Origin: Patescibacteria group bacterium
GTDB taxonomy: Bacteria; Patescibacteriota; Patescibacteriia; JAZDEU01
Assembly (NCBI GenBank): GCA_042568285.1
Contig: JBHPIX010000001.1
Coordinates: 539-64,538 of the forward strand
Reading direction: 5' to 3'
Length of the DNA stretch: 64,000 bases
Position numbers and translations under genes: made by a program. A model generated the notes under the pieces. The model was not told the origin of the DNA, did no database searches, and was given only the letters and a program-made list of their open reading frames with translations. This document shows, piece after piece, positions 57,159 through 64,000 of this stretch (positions are counted from its first letter, which is position 1; every line of letters begins with the position of its first letter).

Positions 57159-58652
57159 ATGAAGAAATCAGAAACATTTTTATTTTATTCATTTTCTTTC
57201 ATTATTGGAATAGCAGTTGGATTGTTAGCAGATATTAGTTTTTTTACAATTTATATTTTACTATTATTAGTTATAATTTTTGTTGTTACATTTTGGAATA
57301 ATAAAAATTTGAGGATCTTTTTTATAGGGATTCTTTTTTTGTTTTTAGGGATTGGAAGAACTATAATTTTTTTTAATTTATCTTTTACTCAAAATGAAAT
57401 TAGTAAATACAATGAAACAGAAGTTGCGATTAAAGGGATGATTATAGATGAGCCACAGCGAGCTTATAGTAAACAAAAATTTAAGTTTAAAGCAAAAAGT
57501 ATTAAAAAAGATAATATCGGATGGGCAGAAATTAAAGGAAATGTTTTAGTTTATGTAGATTTTTATCCTTCTCGCGTATATGGAGATAATCTAGAAATAA
57601 AGTGTAAGTTAGCGACTGTTGAGCCTTTTGATGGTTTTAGATATGATAAATATTTAGCTATAGATGATATTTATTCTATTTGCTATTATCCAGAAGTAAA
57701 ATTTTTAGGTAAAGGCAATGGAAATATAGTATATGCTAAAATTTTAGTTTTTAAAGATAAAATGCAGAATATTATAAAGGCATATATAGATGAGCCACAA
57801 GCGTCTATTTTGTCAGCTGTATTATTAGGGAATAAATATGGTGTTAATAAAGAATTAAAAGATTTATTTAGTAGAGTTGGGATTAGTCATATTATTGCTG
57901 TTTCAGGTATGCATATTGCAATTGTGTCAATAATTATTTTATTTTTTTTATCTTTTATTGGGATATCCCGTAAAAAATCTTTTTATATTACTACTGTTAT
58001 TCTTGTATTATATGTGATTATGATTGGCGCGCCAGCTTCAGCAGTAAGGGCAGTTATTATGGCTTTTGTTATCTTGCTTGCTGTTCAGATAGGAAGATTG
58101 TCAAAATTAATAAATGCTATTTTATTAGCAGCTGTTATAATGATTTTTGTTAATCCATATATTTTATTTTATGATGTCGGATTCCAATTTTCATTTATTG
58201 CTTTATTAGGAATATTCCATTTATTCTCAATTATTAGAGGTTTAATTAAATTACCATTAAATAAATATGTAAAAGATTTAATAAGTATTTCTTTATCAGC
58301 TGAAATTGCTATTTTACCATTAGTTTTTTATTATTTTGGCTTATTTTCATTAACAGCTCCATTTACAAACCTTTTAGTTGTTTGGCTTATTCCTTCCGTG
58401 ATGTTAATGGGAATAATTTTAGTGTTCACTGGGATGTTTCCTTTATTTTCTATTTTGTCATATTTTGTCGGCGCTCTTATAGGAGCTATATTAAAGTATA
58501 TCATCTTTATTGCTGGGAGTTTTGCTAGCCCGCAATGGGTTGCAATTAATGTTGATAATTTTCCTTTATGGGGCGTTGGTTTATATTATATTTTTTTGGC
58601 GTTTTTGGTTTTAAAGTCTAAAAAGGCAGTATCCAAAGTTGAAAGAAGTTGA
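57159..58652 (+). CDS. comEC: ComEC/Rec2-family membrane protein (DUF4131 + competence domain, no beta-lactamase domain)
   Basis: multi-TM; VGISHIIAVSGMHIAIV conserved competence-domain motif. Confidence 0.65.
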   Translation: MKKSETFLFYSFSFIIGIAVGLLADISFFTIYILLLLVIIFVVTFWNNKNLRIFFIGILFLFLGIGRTIIFFNLSFTQNEISKYNETEVAIKGMIIDEPQRAYSKQKFKFKAKSIKKDNIGWAEIKGNVLVYVDFYPSRVYGDNLEIKCKLATVEPFDGFRYDKYLAIDDIYSICYYPEVKFLGKGNGNIVYAKILVFKDKMQNIIKAYIDEPQASILSAVLLGNKYGVNKELKDLFSRVGISHIIAVSGMHIAIVSIIILFFLSFIGISRKKSFYITTVILVLYVIMIGAPASAVRAVIMAFVILLAVQIGRLSKLINAILLAAVIMIFVNPYILFYDVGFQFSFIALLGIFHLFSIIRGLIKLPLNKYVKDLISISLSAEIAILPLVFYYFGLFSLTAPFTNLLVVWLIPSVMLMGIILVFTGMFPLFSILSYFVGALIGAILKYIIFIAGSFASPQWVAINVDNFPLWGVGLYYIFLAFLVLKSKKAVSKVERS

Positions 58653-58707
58653 TTTATAATAGAGTATAGGTTAAAATAGGTATTAAGGGGCTGATAACAC
58701 TTTTTAT

Positions 58708-58871
58708 GGGACTGTTGCCGAATGCTCCTTTAGGCATAAATTTTTAGATTTTGAGGCACAATTTTTTAAACAATTTTTGAGGTTTAGCCTAAGCTAAGCC
58801 AAAAAAAATTTTGGAAAATTTGACCAAAATATGAAAATTTAGGACAAAGAGGAGCATTCGGCAACAGTCCC
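58708..58871. repeat. MITE-like element B (TIR gggactgttgccgaatgctcc ... ggagcattcggcaacagtccc, ~164 bp)
   Basis: copy 1 of 4. Confidence 0.75.
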
Positions 58872-58878
58872 TTTATAT

Positions 58879-60096
58879 ATGATTTTTTCACATTTTCCAG
58901 CAGGATATATTACAGCAAAAATTACAGAGAAAAAATTTTGGAAAAATTTTTCGCGTATTGAGATTTTATGGCTTTATGCTATAATTTTATTTTTTAGCAT
59001 TTTTCCTGACATAGATTTATTTTATTTTTATTTTATAAACGGCATTAATGGACATCATGAAAATTTAACTCATTCTTTTTTCTTGTATATATTTATTGCT
59101 TTAATTGTTTATTTTTTAGGGACATTGAAAAAAAATAGATTTATAAAGTATATGGCTTTTTCTATTGTTTTAGGCGCGACTTCTCATCTTGTTTTAGATT
59201 CGTTATTTTCTTGTGTGAAATGGATATGGCCGATTAGAAATGGAGTATATGGTTTGCCACTTATAACAAGTTATTTTAATATTTTAAATCAATATGGAAT
59301 TGGTTTCTATTTATTTGTAGAGTTGTTTATTATTTTTTTAGCAATTAGTATATATATATGTGAAAAATTAAGCAAAAAAAATGGTATAATTATGTTGATA
59401 TTTTTTTTAATATTTTCTTTTGTATCCGCGTATTTAGCGCTGGATAATTTTTATATGCAACCCAATATTTGTTATAGAGATTTAGATAATGATTGCATCC
59501 CAAATGTAAAGGATTTTGATTCTGATAATGACGGAATTGAAAATATTTTAGATACAGATGCAAATAATAATGGTATTAGCAATAAGGAAGAGATTTTAAC
59601 GCATGTTAAGCAGATGGAAGGTAAATATTCTAATATATTACATGGAGAATTTTGGCATAACGGCGTTAGCTGGGGATTAGTTTCTGATACAGCCGTTCTT
59701 AAAGATGGTTTAGAAAAGGCAGGAATATTTTTATCCACTGAAATTAGCAGAGATTTTGAGAAAGATCCAAAATTATATGAATTTAAACAAAATGATTCTC
59801 CTGTAAATGTATATTTTTCTGATAAAATAAATAATATTTATAGTTTTTTGAGAAATAAAAATATGTTAATTTTTGATGGCGCTACTTGTAAAAAACTAGA
59901 GTCTCTTAACCTTGAACCAGCCGATATAATTTTTTATGGTAGTAATTTAATTCATATTGCGATTGTTGTTGATACTAAAGAAGAATCTTATCAGGTTTTG
60001 GAAATTGAGAATTATTATAAAAAAGCAGTAATTTTAGATAATTGGGAGATGGAAAGGTATTATGGCGTCCCTATCGCAGTTGCTAGATTGCCTTGA
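58879..60096 (+). CDS. membrane-bound metal-dependent hydrolase-like (YdjM/DUF457-type) protein with C-terminal Asp-rich Ca-binding-like repeats
   Basis: N-terminal TM helices with conserved His; DNDCIPNVKDFDSDNDGIENILDTDANNNGISNKEE repeats. Confidence 0.4.
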   Translation: MIFSHFPAGYITAKITEKKFWKNFSRIEILWLYAIILFFSIFPDIDLFYFYFINGINGHHENLTHSFFLYIFIALIVYFLGTLKKNRFIKYMAFSIVLGATSHLVLDSLFSCVKWIWPIRNGVYGLPLITSYFNILNQYGIGFYLFVELFIIFLAISIYICEKLSKKNGIIMLIFFLIFSFVSAYLALDNFYMQPNICYRDLDNDCIPNVKDFDSDNDGIENILDTDANNNGISNKEEILTHVKQMEGKYSNILHGEFWHNGVSWGLVSDTAVLKDGLEKAGIFLSTEISRDFEKDPKLYEFKQNDSPVNVYFSDKINNIYSFLRNKNMLIFDGATCKKLESLNLEPADIIFYGSNLIHIAIVVDTKEESYQVLEIENYYKKAVILDNWEMERYYGVPIAVARLP

Positions 60097-60127
60097 AAAA
60101 AAGGTTTTATAATGATATGCTTTAAGT

Positions 60128-60164
60128 GGGACTGTTGCCGAATGCTACTTTAGTCAACAGTCCC
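60128..60164. repeat. MITE-B minimal copy (termini only: gggactgttgccgaatgctactttagtcaacagtccc)
   Basis: copy 2. Confidence 0.65.
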
Positions 60165-60204
60165 ACAGTAGTCTTTTTAGTTTGAGAATTAGTTCTTGTA
60201 AATT

Positions 60205-62208
60205 ATGAAAAATAGCAAATTTATAAAAAATATAGCAATTTCTTTTTTTTCAGCAGGTTTTTTATTCGTTATTTTTGTGTATCTTTGGATTTTAGGAGTT
60301 TCTGACTTAATTGTTTCAAAAATTGATTATTTAGGGCGTAATTTTCAGGGATTAAATAAATCGTTATTTTTTAGTAGTAGCTTTTTTTCTTCTTATATTT
60401 TTGTGATAGTATCTTTTACTGCAGGCGCGCTTGTTTTTTTAGAGATTAAAAATAAGATTTTTAAAGCATGTTTATATGTTTTAGTAAGTTTAAGTTTATT
60501 GCTTTTAATCTTCATAGATTTTTTAATTATATGGATATTATTGCTCATTGTGTCTTTTATCGCATCATATTTATTGGATAAGAAAAAAAAAGGATGTATT
60601 CCAAAATTATATTTATATATTAGTATTATCGCTATATTTTTTAGTTTTTTGCAGGTTAATAATTTTATTAATTCATTTAAAAAAAATATTAATTCAAATA
60701 ATAATAGCGCGATGTTTTTTGTTTTTGATAGAATATCTTTTTTGAATTTTAAAAGCAACAGTTTTGGATTTAATGATTCTTTCAAGATTGCAAAAGAATC
60801 ATTTAAAGAAAATTGGTTTATAGGATCTGGACAGGGAACCTTTACTTATAATGTTTCAAAATATGGAGGAGCAGTAGATGGATCGGCAAGTCCAGAAATG
60901 ATCCGTTCTAATAATCCATCTAATTATTTTTTTATGTTAGTTTCTAATAGCGGATTGCTTGGAATTTTGGTATATTTTGTGTTTATTTCCCTTTTTTTTA
61001 TTATATCCTTCCATATTTTATATGACAATTTGACGAAAGATTATGCCATATATAGAAAAAATAGTTTTATTTTAATTAGTATTATTTCAGTAATTTTTGC
61101 GAACCTTTTTTTATTGCCTAATATTTTTTTAACGTTTATTTTTTGGATTTTATTAGCAATAATGATGATTGAAATTAAAAAAGATGTTCCTCAATTTTTT
61201 TCAGATAAGATTATCTCACGTGATGTCGAGAATAATCAAGAAAATAAAATAAACATTTATCCGCTTGCTAATCTATTGTTTGTAGTAATTATAGTTATTT
61301 TATCTGGTTTTTATACAATTATTTTTCGTTACCATATAGCTGATTATAATTATAAAGAATATTTAATAAATAGCGCTAAAGCGTCTGAGGAATTAAAGGA
61401 AGCTATTCGTTTAAATCCTTATTTTGAAGATTATTCTATTAAACTTGCAGAAAATTCTTTGGCAAAGATTAGTTTTGAATTGGGTAAGGAAAATGAGGAA
61501 GATAAAGATTTGAGTGTACTTGGAGAAGAATCAGCTCGTAGCATAGAAATCATAAAAAGAAATCTTAAAGAGCATCCTAATTCTGTTAGAGCATGGGAAA
61601 TCGCCGGCAATGTATATAAAAATGTATCTCCATTTATTAAAAAAGGAGTTCAAGAATGGATTATAAAAAGTTTTGAAAATGCATTGGAATTTGAGCCCCA
61701 TAATCTTTTTTTTAAACTTGAGATAGCAAAAGCGTATTTATTAGAAGGGACGACTGATGGCGTGGATAATGAAAAAGTTAATAAATCAATTGATTTATTA
61801 AATAGTATAACAGATAAGTGTCTAAATAATAGATGCCTGTATTATACAGAAGCAAAGTTTTATTTAGCAAAAGCATTGGAAGCAAAAGGAAAAAATAAGC
61901 AAGCTATAGAAGAGTTGCAAGATATAAATATAGATAAGCAGGAGTTTATAGATGAGAATGACCCTAATGTTTTATTTGAATTAGGAAGAATTTATTTTAA
62001 TAATGAAGAACTTGATAAGGCAAAAAAAGTTTTAGAAGAAGTTTTAAGAATAAAACCAAATTATTCAAATGCATTATATACATTAGCATCTGTATATGAA
62101 AAACAGGGAAATATCGGGAGAGCTATTACATTATTAGAAAAGGTAAAAGAATTAAATCAGGATAATAGTGAAATATTAGAAAAAATAGATAGCCTTAAAA
62201 AATTATAA
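60205..62208 (+). CDS. O-antigen ligase/polymerase-like multi-TM protein with C-terminal TPR repeats
   Basis: about 10 TM helices followed by TPR-like helical repeats. Confidence 0.5.
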   Translation: MKNSKFIKNIAISFFSAGFLFVIFVYLWILGVSDLIVSKIDYLGRNFQGLNKSLFFSSSFFSSYIFVIVSFTAGALVFLEIKNKIFKACLYVLVSLSLLLLIFIDFLIIWILLLIVSFIASYLLDKKKKGCIPKLYLYISIIAIFFSFLQVNNFINSFKKNINSNNNSAMFFVFDRISFLNFKSNSFGFNDSFKIAKESFKENWFIGSGQGTFTYNVSKYGGAVDGSASPEMIRSNNPSNYFFMLVSNSGLLGILVYFVFISLFFIISFHILYDNLTKDYAIYRKNSFILISIISVIFANLFLLPNIFLTFIFWILLAIMMIEIKKDVPQFFSDKIISRDVENNQENKINIYPLANLLFVVIIVILSGFYTIIFRYHIADYNYKEYLINSAKASEELKEAIRLNPYFEDYSIKLAENSLAKISFELGKENEEDKDLSVLGEESARSIEIIKRNLKEHPNSVRAWEIAGNVYKNVSPFIKKGVQEWIIKSFENALEFEPHNLFFKLEIAKAYLLEGTTDGVDNEKVNKSIDLLNSITDKCLNNRCLYYTEAKFYLAKALEAKGKNKQAIEELQDINIDKQEFIDENDPNVLFELGRIYFNNEELDKAKKVLEEVLRIKPNYSNALYTLASVYEKQGNIGRAITLLEKVKELNQDNSEILEKIDSLKKL

Positions 62209-62230
62209 CAGTCCAAATATATAAAATTAT

Positions 62231-62521
62231 ATGTCTATAACAAAAACTAAAATTGAAGAGATCGCAAATTTGGCGCGTATAAAATTAACAGAGGAAGAAA
62301 AAAATATTTATATTGAACAGCTTTCTTCAATATTAGATTATTTTAAGCAATTAAAAGAAGTTGATACTTCAAAAATAACTCCATTAATTAATGCTAATTT
62401 AGAGTTTAATGTTTTAAGGGATGATATTATAGATGATTGCGAGAAAGATATTGCAGAAGAAATTTTATGTCAGTTGCCTGAAAAAAAAGGACGAAATATT
62501 AAAGTTAAGAAAATTTTGTAA
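62231..62521 (+). CDS. gatC: Asp-tRNA(Asn)/Glu-tRNA(Gln) amidotransferase subunit C
   Basis: IEEIANLARIKLTEEEK...LSSILDYFKQLKEVDTSKITP. Confidence 0.85.
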   Translation: MSITKTKIEEIANLARIKLTEEEKNIYIEQLSSILDYFKQLKEVDTSKITPLINANLEFNVLRDDIIDDCEKDIAEEILCQLPEKKGRNIKVKKIL

Positions 62522-62522
62522 A

Positions 62523-62686
62523 GGGGACTGTTGCCGAATGCTCCTTTAGGCATAAATTTTCAAATTTTGAGGCAAAATTTTTTTAACAATTTTTGCGGTT
62601 TAGCTTTAGCTAAGCTAAGAAAATTTTTAGAAAATTTGACCAAAATATGAGAATTTAGGACAAAGAGGTATTCGGCAACAGTCCCC
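62523..62686. repeat. MITE-B copy 3
   Basis: near-identical to 58708-58871. Confidence 0.75.
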
Positions 62687-62703
62687 TAAAAGAATTCAAG
62701 CTA

Positions 62704-63528
62704 ATGAACTATAAAAAAGATATCTTAAAAGATACTTATAAAAATCCTTTTTACCCTAAAAAGGATATTAGTGTTAATAAAGGAATAATATTAACATTAA
62801 TTTTTAGTATTATTATGGGTTATTGGGTATATTTATTATTTTATTCGCCGTATTTTAAGATTAAAAGAATCTATATTAATGATATAGAATATATTGATAA
62901 TAAAAAAGTTTTAGAAATCGTTAGATCTCAAATATCTGAGAGAAGATTTTTTATATTTCATCAAAATAATTCGCTATTGCTAGATGAGCTAATGTTGCAA
63001 ACAAAAATAAAAAAAACTTTTTTGGTAGAGGATATTCAGATTAGAATTCAAAGTTTTAATGATATTTATATACAAATAATAGGGAAGCCATCAGGAGTTA
63101 CATGGATTGCAGGAGATAAATATTATTATTTGGATATGGATGGGAATGTAAAAAGAGAAGTTTCGCCGATGGAAGCAAAAAGGGAGTATCTCATTATTTA
63201 TGGTTTTAATAATGATAGAGTAGATGAAAATTTTGATAATCAAAAGTTTATTAGTAAAGAATATATAAATAGCGCGATAAAAATTAAAGAAGATATTAAG
63301 AAGAATACTCAGTTTACGATTATATCATTTAAATATATAAATAATGATTATATTCAAGAATTTTATGCAAAAACAGACAAAGGATATGAAATATTTTTTG
63401 ATTTAAGGATAGATCTAACAGAGCAATTAGGTAATTTATATACTTTATTAAACCAAACATTTAAAAATAACGTTTATCCTGATCAGTATATAGATTTAAG
63501 ATTTGGAGAAAGAGTTTATTATAAGTAA
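62704..63528 (+). CDS. FtsQ/DivIB-like cell division protein (POTRA)
   Basis: single N-terminal TM followed by FKIKRIYINDIEYIDNKKVLEIV POTRA-like start. Confidence 0.4.
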   Translation: MNYKKDILKDTYKNPFYPKKDISVNKGIILTLIFSIIMGYWVYLLFYSPYFKIKRIYINDIEYIDNKKVLEIVRSQISERRFFIFHQNNSLLLDELMLQTKIKKTFLVEDIQIRIQSFNDIYIQIIGKPSGVTWIAGDKYYYLDMDGNVKREVSPMEAKREYLIIYGFNNDRVDENFDNQKFISKEYINSAIKIKEDIKKNTQFTIISFKYINNDYIQEFYAKTDKGYEIFFDLRIDLTEQLGNLYTLLNQTFKNNVYPDQYIDLRFGERVYYK

Positions 63529-63532
63529 TTTT

Positions 63533-63706
63533 TTATTCGGTCATATCATTAGCATTAATTTTATATTCCTTTCTATCATAAAATTCCGCTTGTTTTCCTT
63601 TATTCCATGAATTAACAGGACGTAAATATCCTGACACTCTGGAATAAACTTCGCATTTTTGTCTTTTTTGATTTTGTAAAATTGTAGGATTTGATTGATT
63701 TGACAT
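63533..63706 (-). CDS. 57-aa ORF encoding only the glycyl-radical C-terminal tail of NrdD
   Basis: YSRVSGYLRPVNSWNKGKQAEFYDRK matches NrdD RVCGYLGSP...FNAGKQEEV glycyl radical region. Confidence 0.5.
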   Translation of the reverse strand: MSNQSNPTILQNQKRQKCEVYSRVSGYLRPVNSWNKGKQAEFYDRKEYKINANDMTE

Positions 63707-63746
63707 ATAATTTAATTATAGCATATCCTAAAATTTTTAGCCATTA

Positions 63747-63909
63747 TGGGGCTGTCGCCTAATACCTCTTTGTCCTAAATTCCCATATTTTGGTCAAATT
63801 TTCTAAAATTTTTTTGGCTTAGCTAAGGCTAAACCGCAAAAATTGTTTAAAAAATTATACCTCAAAATCTGAAAATTTATGCCTAAAGGAGCATTAGGCG
63901 ATAGCCCCA
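63747..63909. repeat. MITE-B copy 4 (inverted, diverged) inserted in the 3' end of nrdD
   Basis: ggggctgtcgcctaatacctc ... gagcattaggcgatagcccc. Confidence 0.7.
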
Positions 63910-64000
63910 TTGTTGTTAGTGACGTTTTGTTCCTCATCGCATATAGGGCAATAGAAATGTTCACCTGCGATATATCCATGTTTGGGACAAATGCTGAAAG
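63894..64000 (-). CDS. nrdD: anaerobic ribonucleoside-triphosphate reductase NrdD, 3' part (zinc ribbon), 5' end beyond window; terminated by stop inside MITE
   Basis: minus-strand translation ...FSICPKHGYIAGEHFYCPICDEEQNVTNNNGAIA* shows NrdD C-terminal CPxxG...CPxC zinc ribbon. Confidence 0.5.
   Translation of the reverse strand, partial: FSICPKHGYIAGEHFYCPICDEEQNVTNNNGAIA

Overview
This 64-kb window is AT-rich (about 30% GC) with small, tightly packed genes and a typical Candidate Phyla Radiation / Patescibacteria gene repertoire, read in the standard bacterial code. Supporting calls include the DUF5667 secreted protein, an O-antigen-ligase plus TPR protein, a domain-only ComEC, a giant Cys-rich surface protein and a TrbC/VirB2-like pilin.

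Recognisable core genes:
- tyrS, an RRM RNA-binding protein, a CYTH-domain protein
- pyrC and a fused pyrD-pyrK, plus a DapA-family gene and a PurM-like gene
- a TagD-like cytidylyltransferase, a KhpA-like KH protein, trmD
- groES and groEL with a CIRCE operator
- smc, a disrupted purH N-domain gene, a Memo-like protein, thrS, an MNT/HepT toxin-antitoxin pair
- a MiaB/RimO-like methylthiotransferase, an NrdG-like radical-SAM activase, htrA, prfB with its +1 programmed frameshift, a ComEC-domain protein, gatC and an FtsQ-like protein

A block of roughly 12 kb (about 19.2-31.0 kb) looks like an integrated mobile element. It carries a higB/higA pair, an HTH-Doc pair, two excisionase-type HTH proteins, a zinc-finger/Toprim/P-loop primase-helicase and a large serine recombinase. 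The recombinase 3' end runs antisense into a tRNA-His, and a tRNA-Arg plus a degenerate tRNA-like sequence follow.

The most unusual aspect is the density and behaviour of GC-rich palindromic repeat families in this AT-rich genome.
- A composite 'TGTCATCCCGCGCTTGACGCGGGATGACA' hairpin family has at least 13 copies. Two copies are inserted in-frame in unrelated genes, the MiaB-like gene and a 1639-aa Cys-rich surface protein, and encode the same peptide, much like Rickettsia palindromic elements.
- A 'ACACCCCTAACCCCTCT-loop-AGAGGGGAACTAT' hairpin family sits in 5' leaders, and one copy lies inside the NrdG-like CDS.
- A roughly 165-bp MITE-like element with 'GGGACTGTTGCCGAATGCTCC' termini has four copies. 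One is inserted in the 3' end of nrdD, separating its glycyl-radical tail as a 57-aa ORF.

Other points worth a look are a conserved 39-nt 5' leader shared by four genes, two pseudo-tRNA fragments carrying hairpin insertions, and a gene bracketed by inverted composite repeats.

Coordinates for non-CDS features were counted by hand and may be off by 1-3 nt.
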